Below are positions 27,550-42,278 of a stretch of 64,000 nucleotides of DNA, piece after piece. Within the stretch, counting starts at the first letter, position 1. The number at the start of each line of letters is the position of its first letter. The stretch covers positions 457,812-521,811 of the forward strand of contig OZ220747.1 in the NCBI GenBank assembly GCA_965117015.1. The letters run 5' to 3'. Made by a program: the position numbers and the translations under genes. The notes beneath the pieces were generated by a model. That model did no database searches, was not told where the DNA came from, and saw nothing but the letters and a program-made list of their open reading frames with translations. The DNA comes from Acidimicrobiales bacterium. Its GTDB lineage: Bacteria; Actinomycetota; Acidimicrobiia; Acidimicrobiales; Aldehydirespiratoraceae.

Positions 27550-27602
27550 GCGGCAAGAATGTAGGGCTCGACGTTGAGAGTCTGGTTAGAAGCGAGCCCG
27601 AC

Positions 27603-28463
27603 TCAGACGAGCGTCCTGAGGGTGTCGCTCATGCGGTGGGCCAGCTCGCGCAGATCGTCTCTGTCGGTATCTTCGCTCTCCACCAGGTCGAGCAGCTCAC
27701 CCACCGAGTTGCGCAGCGTTCGCCAGCTGGGAGCAGAGAATCCGAACGGTGTCCGCACTCCGGCGATCCGGCGAGCGTTCGTCGTCACGCCGCGCACGCC
27801 GTCGAGGTCGCCGGGATCCTTCCGCAGCCGGTCGCACGCCACGAACAGGCTGCTGAGCAGTTCGTTGACCTCGAGGCCGTCGAGCTCCTCGAACTGAGCT
27901 TCCTCCTCGCGGGCCAGCAGATCGTCGATCACCAGCTCGACGCGGTCCTCGTCCGCTTCGCGGACCAGCAGGTCGCAGACCTCGCCCGGCTCGGTCTCCT
28001 GATCGGCGTCGCCCTCGGCGGCGTCGCCCTCGGTGTCCAGGATGTGCGGCACGCGGGCCTGCACGAGGCGCTCCAGTAACTCCGACCTCAACGCCTCCGA
28101 CCATTCTGCGAGCTCGAAGGCCGTCAAGGAGTCCTCGGGTCCGATCGGTCGGCTCGTCGCTTCCTTCGCCTTCTCGGTCTCATCGACCTCGTCCACGAGG
28201 CTGTCGACCTTCTCCTCCAGCGACTCGTGGACCATCAACGTGGTGCCCTGCCACGAGTGGACGACCTTGTCGACGGTGAGCAGTTGCTGCAGCATCACCC
28301 GGCTCTCGAGCGACCACTCATGAAGCTCGTACGCCAGCCATTCCCCGGCTTCGCCGTCGGTGGGATCCTGGTCGGCATCCTGGTCAGCCGGACCGCTCGG
28401 GAACAGCTCGGACCCGGTGTCGGCCGAGCCTCGGCGAAACCTGTCTCGGAACGCGGCAGCCAT
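27603..28463 (-). CDS. hypothetical acidic protein with two copies of an about 50-aa (Y/F)ELxEWS module
   Basis: 286 aa. [35 protein letters not shown] and [36 protein letters not shown]. Confidence 0.55.
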   Translation of the reverse strand: MAAAFRDRFRRGSADTGSELFPSGPADQDADQDPTDGEAGEWLAYELHEWSLESRVMLQQLLTVDKVVHSWQGTTLMVHESLEEKVDSLVDEVDETEKAKEATSRPIGPEDSLTAFELAEWSEALRSELLERLVQARVPHILDTEGDAAEGDADQETEPGEVCDLLVREADEDRVELVIDDLLAREEEAQFEELDGLEVNELLSSLFVACDRLRKDPGDLDGVRGVTTNARRIAGVRTPFGFSAPSWRTLRNSVGELLDLVESEDTDRDDLRELAHRMSDTLRTLV

Positions 28464-28595
28464 GTCACAATCTTGCCACCGCGGCCGCCCATTGCGGCAC
28501 GGCTGAGCTGCTACACCGCTCAGATCGCGCCGGCGCCACTCACGTGCTACTCACCTACCACTCACCGACGCCTGGCTTGGGATAGGTTCGCGCCC

Positions 28596-29576
28596 ATGGT
28601 CGCATCGACGCATCCCAAACCCGATCGCAACATCGCGCTGGAGCTGGTTCGAATCACCGAGGGAGCGGCCATAGCTGCGTCCCGCTGGATGGGACGGGGC
28701 GACAAGGACGGCGCCGACGGGGCCGCGGTGGACGCCATGCGCAGGGTGCTGAGCGACATCTCGATGGACGGCGTCGTCGTGATCGGCGAGGGCGAGAAGG
28801 ACGAGGCGCCCATGCTCTACAACGGCGAGCGAGTCGGCAACGGCCAGCTGCCCCAGACCGACGTAGCCGTCGACCCGATAGACGGCACCACGCTGACCTC
28901 GCTGGGGCGGGCCAACGCCCTGTCGGTGATCGCGGTGGCCGACCGGGGCACGATGTTCGATCCCGGCCCGTGCGTGTACATGGAGAAGATCGCCACCGGC
29001 CCCGAGGCCGCCGACCTGATCGACATCACCAAGTCGCCGACCGACAACCTGAAGGCGGTGGCCGAGGCCAAGAACGAGTTCGTGCACGACCTGACCGCCG
29101 TGATCCTGGACCGCGACCGCCACGACGACCTGATCGCCGAGGTCCGCGAGGCCGGTGCCCGCATCAGGCTGATCCCCGACGGCGACGTGGCCGGCGCCAT
29201 ATCCACCGCCTGGCCCAACACCGGCGCCGACATCCTGTTCGGCATCGGCGGCACTCCCGAGGGCGTGATAACTGCGGCTGCCATCAAGTGCATGGGCGGC
29301 GCTCTGCAGGGCCGCCTGTGGCCCCGCAACGAGTACGAGCGGAAGGCCCTCACCAAGCTGGGCTACGACGTGGAGCGAGTGCTGACCCAGGACGACCTCG
29401 TCAACACCGACAACTGCTTCTTCGCCGCCACCGGGGTGACCGACGGCGACCTGCTCCAGGGCGTCCACTTCGACGCCAACTACTGCCACACCCAGTCGCT
29501 GGTGATGCGCAGCCGGTCCGGCACGGTGCGCCTCATCGAGGGGCGGCATCGCCACCGCAAGGCCCGGGATCTGTAG
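28596..29576 (+). CDS. glpX: class II fructose-1,6-bisphosphatase
   Basis: [38 protein letters not shown].... Start at ATG 28596 within the 449-aa track ORF. TAGGTT lies 7 nt upstream (leaderless-type). Confidence 0.95.
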   Translation: MVASTHPKPDRNIALELVRITEGAAIAASRWMGRGDKDGADGAAVDAMRRVLSDISMDGVVVIGEGEKDEAPMLYNGERVGNGQLPQTDVAVDPIDGTTLTSLGRANALSVIAVADRGTMFDPGPCVYMEKIATGPEAADLIDITKSPTDNLKAVAEAKNEFVHDLTAVILDRDRHDDLIAEVREAGARIRLIPDGDVAGAISTAWPNTGADILFGIGGTPEGVITAAAIKCMGGALQGRLWPRNEYERKALTKLGYDVERVLTQDDLVNTDNCFFAATGVTDGDLLQGVHFDANYCHTQSLVMRSRSGTVRLIEGRHRHRKARDL

Positions 29577-29595
29577 AACCGCCCCGGACGGCGCT

Positions 29596-29994
29596 CTAGG
29601 CGACCGCGACTCTCAAACGCAGCTCGGCCCGCTCCAACGCCGCGACCGCCTCAACGTCCTCGGCGTCGACTGCAAGCGCGTCCGCCGCCTGTTGCCGGGC
29701 GACCTCGGCCCGGGCGGTGTCGATCTCGCCGGCGGCCTCTGACACGTCCGAGAGGATGGTCACCTTGTTGTGGCTGACCTCGACGAAGCCCCGGTGCACG
29801 GCGAAGGTGTCGCGCTCGCCGCCGGGCCGCAGCACGTCGACCGACCAGGGGGCCAGCACGCCCAGGAAGGGCACGTGCCCGGCCTGGAAGGCGATGTCGC
29901 CCTCCTCCACCGTGCGCACGATCACCATCTCGGCCGAGCCCGAGTAGGTCACCTCCTCGGGCGAGACCAGCTCGACGTCGAGCTCTACAGCCAT
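29596..29994 (-). CDS. atpC: F1 ATP synthase subunit epsilon
   Basis: 132 aa. Position after atpD. VELVSPE..AFQAGHVPFLGVL pattern. Confidence 0.9.
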   Translation of the reverse strand: MAVELDVELVSPEEVTYSGSAEMVIVRTVEEGDIAFQAGHVPFLGVLAPWSVDVLRPGGERDTFAVHRGFVEVSHNKVTILSDVSEAAGEIDTARAEVARQQAADALAVDAEDVEAVAALERAELRLRVAVA

Positions 29995-30012
29995 GCTCGG
30001 CCCCCGCGCATG

Positions 30013-32485
<2,473 letters not shown>

Positions 32486-32519
32486 GGTTCTGCCTCAGTC
32501 CTCCAGAACCCCGGGCGCC

Positions 32520-34154
32520 CTAGCCCTCGTCCCGGCTCAGGTCCTCTTCGGGCAGGGTGGTCTCGGCGTCGACCATGGTGGCCTGCTCCGCGCCCTGCTC
32601 GACCGCGTCGGGCTCGGTTCCGGCGGCGGCGTCCGAGGTCTCGAACTGGTCGGCGAAGGCCTTCACCCGGGCATCGAAGTCGTCGGTGTCGGAGATGGCC
32701 CCGCTGTCGCGGATCTCGGCCAGCGTGGCGGCCTCGCGGGCGCGGAACCAGTCGAGCAGCTCGCTCTCGAAGCGCCGCACATCGCCAATGGGCACATCGT
32801 CGAGGTAGCCGTGGGTGCCGGCGTAGATCGACACCACCTGTTCCTCGACCGGCAGCGGGCTGTTCACGCCCTGCTTGAGCAGCTCGGTGAGGCGGTAGCC
32901 CCGCTCGAGCTGGGCCTTCGACACCGCGTCGAGGTCGGAGCCGAAGGCGGCGAAGGCCTCGAGCTCCCGGAACTGCTGCAGGTCGCCCTTGAGGGTGCCC
33001 ACCGCGGTCTTCATGGCTTTCACCTGGGCCGCGCCGCCGACCCGGCTCACCGAGATGCCCACATCGACCGCGGGACGGATGCCCGACTTGAACAGGTCGT
33101 CCTGCAGGAAGATCTGGCCGTCGGTGATGGAGATGACGTTGGTGGGGATGTAGGCCGAGACGTCGCCGGCCTTGGTCTCGATGATCGGCAGCGCGGTCAG
33201 CGAGCCCGCGCCCCGATCGTCACTGAGCTTGGCCGCCCGCTCCAGCAGGCGGCTGTGGAGGTAGAACACGTCGCCGGGATAGGCCTCGCGCCCCGGCGGC
33301 CTGCGCAGCAGCAGCGACACCTGGCGGTAGGCCTCGGCCTGCTTGGAGAGATCGTCGTAGATGACCAGGGCGTGCTCGCCGTTCTCCATCCAGTGCTGGC
33401 CCATGGCGCACCCGGCGTAAGGGGCCAGGTACTTGTAGGGGGCGGGGTCCGACGCCGGCGCCACCACCACCACCGTGTACTCCATGGCTCCGAGCTCGTC
33501 GAGGGTGGCCACCGCCTGGGCCACGGTCGAGGCCTTCTGGCCGATGGCGACGTAGATGCACTTCACGTCGAGGCCGCGCTGGTTCAGGATGGTGTCGAGC
33601 GCGATGGTGGTCTTGCCCGTCTTGCGGTCGCCGATGATCAGCTCACGCTGGCCCCGGCCGATGGGGATGAGGGAGTCGATGGACTTGATGCCGGTCTGCA
33701 TCGGCTCGTGCACCGGCTTGCGGCCGGTGATGCCCGGCGCCTGGATCTCCATGCGCCTCGGGATCGGGTTGGACAGGGGTCCCTTGCCGTCCACCGGCTC
33801 GCCCAGCGGGTTGACCACCCGGCCGAGCAGGCCGTCGCCCACCGGGATCGACAGGATGTCGCCGGTGGCCTGAACGGGCTGGCCTTCCTCGATGCCCTCC
33901 ACATCGCCGAGGACCACCGCGCCGATGGAGGTCTCGTCGAGGTTCAGCGCCAGGCCGACGGCGCCGTTGGCGAAGCGCAGCATCTCGTTGACGGCTGCGT
34001 CGGGCAGCCCGGACACGCGGGCGATGCCGTCGCCCACCTCGAGCACGCGGCCCACCGTGGACTGCTCCAGCGCGGGGGTGAATCCCTCGAGGTTCTGGCG
34101 GATGGCAGCCGCGATGTCCGCGGTGTCGATCGTTAGTTGTGCCGTGTCGCTCAT
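32520..34154 (-). CDS. atpA: F1 ATP synthase subunit alpha
   Basis: 544 aa. [12 protein letters not shown]-loop, full-length alpha. Confidence 0.97.
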   Translation of the reverse strand: MSDTAQLTIDTADIAAAIRQNLEGFTPALEQSTVGRVLEVGDGIARVSGLPDAAVNEMLRFANGAVGLALNLDETSIGAVVLGDVEGIEEGQPVQATGDILSIPVGDGLLGRVVNPLGEPVDGKGPLSNPIPRRMEIQAPGITGRKPVHEPMQTGIKSIDSLIPIGRGQRELIIGDRKTGKTTIALDTILNQRGLDVKCIYVAIGQKASTVAQAVATLDELGAMEYTVVVVAPASDPAPYKYLAPYAGCAMGQHWMENGEHALVIYDDLSKQAEAYRQVSLLLRRPPGREAYPGDVFYLHSRLLERAAKLSDDRGAGSLTALPIIETKAGDVSAYIPTNVISITDGQIFLQDDLFKSGIRPAVDVGISVSRVGGAAQVKAMKTAVGTLKGDLQQFRELEAFAAFGSDLDAVSKAQLERGYRLTELLKQGVNSPLPVEEQVVSIYAGTHGYLDDVPIGDVRRFESELLDWFRAREAATLAEIRDSGAISDTDDFDARVKAFADQFETSDAAAGTEPDAVEQGAEQATMVDAETTLPEEDLSRDEG

Positions 34155-34192
34155 GTCTGGTCGCTCAATCTCCTAGAAGAATCTCGGCGTGC

Positions 34193-34735
34193 TCAGCCGA
34201 GGCCGCTTCGCATCTGCTGCAGGCGGCTGCGCACGCTGCCGTCGATCACGTCGTCGCCGATCTCGGTGACCACCCCGCCGACCACGCTGGGATCGACGAT
34301 GGCCTGGATCTCCACATCGAGTCCCGAGGAGGCCTTGATGGCCTCGGTCAGCCGGGATCGCTGCTCGCCGGTGAGCTCCACCGCGCTGCGCACCCGGGCC
34401 ACCCGCCGGTTGCGCCCGGCCGCGGCCCGGTCGATGGCGGCGTCGATGATCTCGACGAGCTCGCCGCCGCGGCCTGCGCCGACCACCAACGACACCAGCG
34501 CCGCGGTCGTGGGGAGAGCCTTGCCTCCGAGCAGGTCCTCGGTGATCTGCAGCCGGCGCTCAACGTCGATGACCGAGTCGGCGAGGGTGGACTGCAACTC
34601 GTCGCTGGAGCGCAGGGCATCGGCGAAGCGGGCCAGCTCGGACTCGACCTCGGCCTGGGCGCCCTCGGCGCGGGCCACCGCCAGCACGGCGTCGGCGTAG
34701 CCGCCGATGCGGTCGGAAGCGGGCTGGTCGACCAT
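34193..34735 (-). CDS. atpH: F1 ATP synthase subunit delta
   Basis: 180 aa. Operon position and OSCP-like C-terminus (VDPSVVGGVVTEIGDDVIDGSVRSRL). Confidence 0.85.
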   Translation of the reverse strand: MVDQPASDRIGGYADAVLAVARAEGAQAEVESELARFADALRSSDELQSTLADSVIDVERRLQITEDLLGGKALPTTAALVSLVVGAGRGGELVEIIDAAIDRAAAGRNRRVARVRSAVELTGEQRSRLTEAIKASSGLDVEIQAIVDPSVVGGVVTEIGDDVIDGSVRSRLQQMRSGLG

Positions 34736-34798
34736 CGCTCAGATCCTTCCGATGGTCCGGGGGTCAGCGCCCCGCAGGTGCCCGGCCGGTGTCACCGT

Positions 34799-35533
34799 TC
34801 AGCTCCCGTCCCCGTTGCTACCTGCGCCGGCCACCTCGTCGATGTAGCCGTCGATCAGGGAGCGGTGCACATCGGCGTCGAGGCTGGCCCCGACCACGCG
34901 CTCGGCCGCGCCCACCGCGATGGCGGCCACCTCGGTGCGCAGATCGTCGATGGCCTGGCGGCGGCTCGACTCGATGTCGGTCGCGGCCCGGGCCCGCTGC
35001 TCAGCGATGTCGGCCTCGGCGCGGGCCTGGAGGTCCTGGCGGAGCTGGTCGGCCTGGCCCCGGGCCTCGTCGATGATGGCGGCTGCGGCCGTCTTGGCCT
35101 CGGCCAGCTGGGCCTCGTACTCCGACTTGGTGCGCAGGGCGTCCGCCTTGGCGGTGTCGGCCGCGTCGAGGTCGGCCCGGATCTTCTCGGAGCGGGCGTC
35201 CATGGCCCGCTTCACCGCCGGGAAGCCCTTCCACCACATGAACGCGAACAGGATCACGAAGGCCAGGCCGCCCCAGATGATCTCGTCGAGCTCGGGCAGG
35301 ATCGGGCTGGGCGCCTCGACGCAGCCCTCGAGGTCCGCCTCGAAGGACTTGAAGGCTTTCTCGTCCGCTTCGACGGCGCTAAGGCTGCCGTATTCATCCT
35401 CGGCGTGGTGCACCTGCTCGAGGACGCAGCCGCCGATCGTCTCGCCTGCGGCCCATGCCGGCCCGGCCGCGGCGAGCAGCACGGCGCTCGCAACGCCCAG
35501 GGTGGCGATGAGCCTCAGGGTTGTTCTTGCCAT
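34799..35533 (-). CDS. atpF: Fo ATP synthase subunit b with about 75-aa signal-peptide-like N-terminal extension
   Basis: 244 aa. Canonical b part begins near IIWGGLAFVILFAFMWWKGFPAVKRAMDARSEKI and is preceded by MARTTLRLIATLGVASAVLLAAAGPAWA-AGE... Confidence 0.85.
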   Translation of the reverse strand: MARTTLRLIATLGVASAVLLAAAGPAWAAGETIGGCVLEQVHHAEDEYGSLSAVEADEKAFKSFEADLEGCVEAPSPILPELDEIIWGGLAFVILFAFMWWKGFPAVKRAMDARSEKIRADLDAADTAKADALRTKSEYEAQLAEAKTAAAAIIDEARGQADQLRQDLQARAEADIAEQRARAATDIESSRRQAIDDLRTEVAAIAVGAAERVVGASLDADVHRSLIDGYIDEVAGAGSNGDGS

Positions 35534-35550
35534 GATCGCGTCTCCCGCTT

Positions 35551-37101
<1,551 letters not shown>

Positions 37102-37105
<4 letters not shown>

Positions 37106-37401
37106 GACTGGCCGGGAGCCGCAGGGTCGGGCCCGGCGTAGGTCGTCCTGCGGCTCTCGAGCGCCTCGTCCATCGAGGCGCCGTATGTACGGGCGAAGCT
37201 CCACACCTGGTAGCCGAAGACCACCAGGGCGAGCAGCAGGGTCACCAGCGGAAACGTCCCGAGGCGACCGTCGACGAGCCAGCCGCCGAACCCGAAGATG
37301 GCAGGGGTGGCGATCATCTCGAACGCCTTGGCCAGCGCGTCGCCCGCGCCGGAGCGGACCTCGGCCGCGCCAGCGCGAGAATTCGCCTCGGTGTGTTCCA
37401 T
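37102..37401 (-). CDS. AtpZ/AtpI family small membrane protein
   Basis: 99 aa. AKAFEMIATPAIFGFGGWLVDGRLGTFPLVTLLLALVV pattern. First gene of the atp operon. Confidence 0.65.
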
Positions 37402-37430
37402 CGCCGACGGTGCCCGCGGACCCTGCGTGT

Positions 37431-37688
37431 CTACTCGCGGCCCTTGCGGCGGCCGTAGCGACGCTCGAAGCGCTCGACCCGGCCCGCGGTGTCGACGATC
37501 TGCATCGTCCCGGTGAAGAACGGGTGGCTGGCGCTGGAAATCTCAACCTTGGCCAGCGGATACGTGTTGCCGTCGGACCACTCGATGGTGTCGTCGGTGG
37601 AGATGGTCGAGCGGGTGAGGAACGAGGTGCCGGCGGACTGGTCGGAGAAGACGACCAGCCGGTACTCGGGGTGAATGTCAGTCTTCAT
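37431..37688 (-). CDS. rpmE2: 50S ribosomal protein L31, type B (no CxxC zinc site)
   Basis: [28 protein letters not shown]...[10 protein letters not shown]. Cys ligands are absent. Start at ATG 37688. Confidence 0.9.
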   Translation of the reverse strand: MKTDIHPEYRLVVFSDQSAGTSFLTRSTISTDDTIEWSDGNTYPLAKVEISSASHPFFTGTMQIVDTAGRVERFERRYGRRKGRE

Positions 37689-37770
37689 CGGGGCACCAGT
37701 CTGTAAGTCGGGCGGGCCGGTCACAACCCCGGCGGCAACGAACTTTCGCCTTTTCCGCGTGGAGCCGCGC

Positions 37771-39300
37771 TCAGCGCAGCAATTCCGAATTGGAGGCGGT
37801 GCTGCGCAGCTTGGAGAGGGCCGTCTCCAGGGCCTTCACGACGGCCCCCGGATCGTCCTCCGCGCCGCCGGTGAAGCTGCGCCGCAGGTCCTGGAGAGCC
37901 TGAACTTCGTCTGCGTCGATGAAGCGATCCTCGTCGCGCGACACGGAGCCGCTCACGTCGATGGCCGGGAACAGACCGAGTTGCGCGGCCCACCGGTCGA
38001 GCCGGATCTCGGTGTTGGCCGTGCCCACGAACTCGTCGCTCAGGACGCCGGGCAGCGAACTCGAGCCGTCGGAGACGATCGAGGCGATCATGGTGAGGGA
38101 GCCGCCCTCGGAGACGTTGCGGCCAGCTCCGAAGAGCTTCTTGGGCATGTGCACGGCACCGCTCTCGACGTTGCCGCTGTAGGCCCGTCCCGCGTTCGAC
38201 AGCGCAGCGTTGTAGGCCTGGGCCAGGGAGGTGAGGCTGTCGAGCACCACCACCACGTTGCGTCCGGACTCGACGAGGCGCTTGACCCGCTCGATGGTCA
38301 TCTCGGCCGTCTGCACATGCTCCTCGGGGGTCTGGTCGAACGATGTGGCGGCCACATCGCCGTTGCGGACGCACCGCCGCACCTCGGTGATGTCCTCGGG
38401 CCGCTGGTCGAGGAACAGACCCATCACGAATATGTCCGGCTCGTTCGTCTCGATCGCGGTGATCAGAGAGGTGAGCAACTCGGAGGCTCCGGACCGCCGG
38501 GGGCCGCTCACCAGGACTCGCTGGCCGATGCCGATCGGCGCGACCAGATCGATGAGCCGGGCCGCGATCGCTTCGGGATCCTCGGGCTGCTCGAGCGACA
38601 GGCGTCGCACGGCGTGGATCGGCGTGAGGCTCTCGAACTGCGGACGATCCGACAGTTCCGCGGGGCCGTCGTTGATCGACTCCAGTGTCAGCAGGGCAGG
38701 GTTCTTCTCGGCCCGGTTGGCCGGCCGGGACGTGCCGGTGAGGTGGTCGCCGCGTCGCAGGCCGTACTGGCGGATCGTCTTGACCGGCACGTAGGCGTCG
38801 TTGCGGTTCGGCAAGCAGCCGTCGACCCGGAGGAACCCGTAGCCCTCGTCGCGCAGATCCAGACGGCCTGCGACCGCGACGGGGTCGCCGTCCCAGCTGT
38901 CGTCACGGTCGCGGTCGCGATCGCGGTTGCGGCGGCGCCGGCGCCGGTTGCCCGGATCCACCTCGTCCTCGCCGCGGTCCTTGGGGCGGCTCTCCTCACG
39001 GTTGTTGGTCGCCGATCCCTCGCCGTTCTGATCGCCGTCGCGCCCGGCGGCAGGGGCGTTGTCGGTGGACCGCGGTCCTTGATCGGCCTCGTCCGGTCCG
39101 CCCGGCGCGGCTTCAGTTGGCGGGCTCTCGCTCGGCTGGGAGATCCGGGCGCCGTCGGCGGTCAGGTCGATGATCAGCTGGATGATCTCGTCCTTGCGGG
39201 CCCGGCTGGAGGGCTTGGCCCCCAGAGCGGCGGCGATTTGATTGAGTTCGCCACGGTCTTTGCGTTGCAGCGTGGACCGCCGCATCTCGGTCGCTTCCAC
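37771..39300 (-). CDS. rho: transcription termination factor Rho with R/D/N-rich N-terminal insertion
   Basis: 509 aa. [17 protein letters not shown] Rho-[13 protein letters not shown]-loop, actinobacterial-type insertion. Confidence 0.95.
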   Translation of the reverse strand: MEATEMRRSTLQRKDRGELNQIAAALGAKPSSRARKDEIIQLIIDLTADGARISQPSESPPTEAAPGGPDEADQGPRSTDNAPAAGRDGDQNGEGSATNNREESRPKDRGEDEVDPGNRRRRRRNRDRDRDRDDSWDGDPVAVAGRLDLRDEGYGFLRVDGCLPNRNDAYVPVKTIRQYGLRRGDHLTGTSRPANRAEKNPALLTLESINDGPAELSDRPQFESLTPIHAVRRLSLEQPEDPEAIAARLIDLVAPIGIGQRVLVSGPRRSGASELLTSLITAIETNEPDIFVMGLFLDQRPEDITEVRRCVRNGDVAATSFDQTPEEHVQTAEMTIERVKRLVESGRNVVVVLDSLTSLAQAYNAALSNAGRAYSGNVESGAVHMPKKLFGAGRNVSEGGSLTMIASIVSDGSSSLPGVLSDEFVGTANTEIRLDRWAAQLGLFPAIDVSGSVSRDEDRFIDADEVQALQDLRRSFTGGAEDDPGAVVKALETALSKLRSTASNSELLR

Positions 39301-39476
39301 GGATGAATTCCCCGGTTGTCGGACTCAGGCATCCCGGCTCGGCGAAGCGACGCATCACGAGCCGGAGAACAGCCACCGCGCCGAAGGCGCGAGGCGTTGC
39401 AGCGAAGGCTACGCAGCAAAGGGCGGTTGCCGCAACCAGCGCGGCACGGCGTTCAGCCTCTGCCTCTGTTTCTGCC

Positions 39477-40874
39477 TCAATCTCTCCGCACCGAGCGCAC
39501 GAAGTCCTCGACCTCGTCGAGGCGGTTCGGCAACGAGGTGCAGCGCTCAGGGAGGTCGGCCACGGCTGCCAGCGCCGGGGGCGGATCCGGCAGGCATCCG
39601 GTCGCGCTCAGGACGGCATCACCGAACTTGGCCGGATGGGCGGTGGCCAGCGACACGACCAGCTCGCCGGGCCTGCGGCAGCGCTCGGCCACGCCCACAC
39701 CGACCGCGGTGTGGGGATCGATGAACATCTCCGACTCGGCATGAACACGGCCCATCACATCGAGCGTCTCGGAGTCGTCGAGACGGTCGCCGGCGAACTC
39801 CGACCGCAGGCGCTCGTGCTGCTCCGTGCTCAACCCGGCCCGGCCTTCAGCCCGGAATCGGGCGAGCAGGGCGGCGGTGGCTGCTCCGTCGCCGTCGAAC
39901 AGCTCCGACAGCAGGCGCTCAAGATTGGACGAGATCTGGATGTCCATGCTGGGCGAGAGCGTGGGCACCACGTCGTGGGCGGCCAGCTCCCCGGTCTCGA
40001 TGAGCCGGCTGAGGATGTCGTTGGTGTTGGAGGCGATCAGAAGACGCTCTGTTGGCAGTCCCATGCGGCGGGCGTAGTGCCCCGCCAGCACGTTGCCGAA
40101 GTTGCCGGTGGGGACGCAGAACGTGACCGGGCGGTCACCGGCCAGTCGTTGCACCGCCCAGACGTAGTAGACGATCTGGGCCGCCACTCGGGCCCAATTG
40201 ATGGAGTTGACCGCGGCCAGCTTCGACTCGGTGCGGAACGGCTCATCCGCGAACATGGCCTTCACCAGGTCCTGACAGTCGTCGAAGGTCCCGTCGACGG
40301 CGACCGCATGGACGTTGGGCGCGTCCAGCGTGGTCATCTGGCGTCGCTGGACCTCGCTGGTGCGCCCGGCGGGGTGCAGCACCACGATGTCGAGGCGGTC
40401 GCGGCCGGCCACCGCCTCCATGGCCGCGGAGCCGGTGTCGCCCGAGGTGGCCGCCACGATCATGGCCCGGTCGTCGCGGCGCTCCAGTTCGTGATCGAAC
40501 AGCCGGGCCACCACCTGCAGGGCGATGTCCTTGAAGGCGAACGTGGGCCCGTGGAACAGCTCGAGCAGCCAGTGGTCGTCGTCAAGGGCAACCAACGGAC
40601 ACACGTCGGGATGGTCGAACGTGGCGTAGGCGTCGGCGACCAGTGACGCCAACTCGTCGTCGTCGACCGCTCCGCCGACGTAGGGAGCCATGATGCGGGC
40701 GGCCAGCTCGGCGTAGCTCAGGTTGCGGGCTTCCGGGCCGGCGGCCTCGGGCAGTTTGGGCACGTGTTCGGGGATGTAGAGGCCCCCGTCGACTGCGAGC
40801 CCGCCCAGCAGCACGTCGTCGAACGCGAGACGGTCGCCGTGACCCGGCTCCGACCGGGTGCTCATGTACCGCAT
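39477..40874 (-). CDS. thrC: threonine synthase
   Basis: Start ATG 40874, 4 nt after the hom stop. MRYMSTRSE...FAFKDIALQ (PLP Lys). The N-terminal 156 aa of the 621-aa track ORF is an out-of-frame overlap with hom. Confidence 0.9.
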   Translation of the reverse strand: MRYMSTRSEPGHGDRLAFDDVLLGGLAVDGGLYIPEHVPKLPEAAGPEARNLSYAELAARIMAPYVGGAVDDDELASLVADAYATFDHPDVCPLVALDDDHWLLELFHGPTFAFKDIALQVVARLFDHELERRDDRAMIVAATSGDTGSAAMEAVAGRDRLDIVVLHPAGRTSEVQRRQMTTLDAPNVHAVAVDGTFDDCQDLVKAMFADEPFRTESKLAAVNSINWARVAAQIVYYVWAVQRLAGDRPVTFCVPTGNFGNVLAGHYARRMGLPTERLLIASNTNDILSRLIETGELAAHDVVPTLSPSMDIQISSNLERLLSELFDGDGAATAALLARFRAEGRAGLSTEQHERLRSEFAGDRLDDSETLDVMGRVHAESEMFIDPHTAVGVGVAERCRRPGELVVSLATAHPAKFGDAVLSATGCLPDPPPALAAVADLPERCTSLPNRLDEVEDFVRSVRRD

Positions 40875-40878
40875 GGCA

Positions 40879-42186
40879 CTACTGAGGGTTCTCGTCCCCG
40901 ACGACCCGGATGACGTTGCCCAGTTCGTGGACTGCCTCCAGGCCCCGGAGGTCGCGCAGCGTGGCCTGCAGGTCGCGCTCGCGGCACTCATGAGTGATGA
41001 ACACGAGGCGGGCGTCGTCGCCCAGGCCGTGCTGCTCCATGGAACGGATGGACACTCCGTGGCGTCCGAACACGTCAGCCACCGAGGCCAGCACGCCGGG
41101 CCGGTCGGCGACCTCCAGGCCGATGTAGTACTCGGACCGCAGGTCGTCGATCGAGCGGATGCGGGCCCGGACGAGCCGCCCGATGCGGCCCGGACCGCCC
41201 GAGGCGAGGTTGACGGCCGCGTCGACGAGGTCGCCCAGAACGGCCCCGGCGGTGGGGCGGCCGCCGGCGCCCCGGCCGTAGAACATGAGCTCACCGACCG
41301 CGTCGCCCTGGATGAACACCGCGTTGAAGCTGTCGCGCACACTGGCCAGTGGGTGCTGCACCGGCACCATGGCCGGATGGACCCGCACGGCCACCTCGGG
41401 CGCCTCGCCGTTGCCCCACCCGGTGCGCTCTGCCACCGCGACGGCTTTGACCGCGTAGCCCAGGCGCCGGGCCATCTCGATGTCGTGACTGGTGATCCGG
41501 GAGATGCCCTCGTGGTAGACGTCGCCGGCCACCACTACGGCACCGAAGGCGACGGTGGCGATGATGGCGGCCTTGGCCCCGGCGTCGAACCCCTCGACGT
41601 CCGCGGTCGGGTCACGCTCGGCATAGCCCAGGCTCTGGGCCTCGCTCAACGCTTCGGCGTAGCTCGCACCGCCCTCCGACATCTGCGTGAGGATGTAGTT
41701 GGTGGTGCCGTTGACGATGCCCATGATCCGCTGGACCGGCTCAGCCGCCAGCGACTCCCGGAGGGGACGGATGAGGGGGATTGCTCCAGCGACGGCGGCT
41801 TCGAACAGCAGGTCGACGCCGGCGTCGTCGGCCGCCGCGAACAGCTCCGCGCCGTAGTTGGCCAGCAGCTCCTTGTTGCCCGTCACGACCGGCTTGCCCG
41901 CGGCGATGGCGTCGTGCAGCAGGCTGCGGGCCGGCTCGATGCCGCCGATGACCTCCACCACGATGTCGATCTCGGGATCGGAGACGATCGCGGCCGCGTC
42001 GGTGCAGAACACCGACGGGTCGATGTTCAGGCCGCGGTCCTTGGAGGTGGAGCGCACCGCGATTCTGGTGATCTCCAGCTTGATGCCGGTGCGGGTCGCC
42101 ACCGCGTCCCGCTGCTCGTCGAGCAGCGTCACGAGCGCGGCGCCCACGTTGCCGCAGCCGAGGAGTCCGATTCGGAGCCGGTTCAC
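40879..42186 (-). CDS. hom: homoserine dehydrogenase (with C-terminal ACT domain)
   Basis: 435 aa. IGLLGCGNVGAALV NAD motif, full-length match. Confidence 0.95.
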   Translation of the reverse strand: MNRLRIGLLGCGNVGAALVTLLDEQRDAVATRTGIKLEITRIAVRSTSKDRGLNIDPSVFCTDAAAIVSDPEIDIVVEVIGGIEPARSLLHDAIAAGKPVVTGNKELLANYGAELFAAADDAGVDLLFEAAVAGAIPLIRPLRESLAAEPVQRIMGIVNGTTNYILTQMSEGGASYAEALSEAQSLGYAERDPTADVEGFDAGAKAAIIATVAFGAVVVAGDVYHEGISRITSHDIEMARRLGYAVKAVAVAERTGWGNGEAPEVAVRVHPAMVPVQHPLASVRDSFNAVFIQGDAVGELMFYGRGAGGRPTAGAVLGDLVDAAVNLASGGPGRIGRLVRARIRSIDDLRSEYYIGLEVADRPGVLASVADVFGRHGVSIRSMEQHGLGDDARLVFITHECRERDLQATLRDLRGLEAVHELGNVIRVVGDENPQ

Positions 42187-42278
42187 CCCTCCAAGCTACC
42201 GGCCCGCGGCTTCGGGCCCGGCCGGGATGCGTTCGGGCTTGCTCAACGAACCGAACGCCGGGGGCGAACTGCGGATCG

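Noticed and set aside
39477-41342. 621-aa ORF as a giant ThrC
   Set aside because: The N-terminal 156 residues are S/T/A/R-rich and overlap hom out of frame. ThrC homology begins at ATG 40874.
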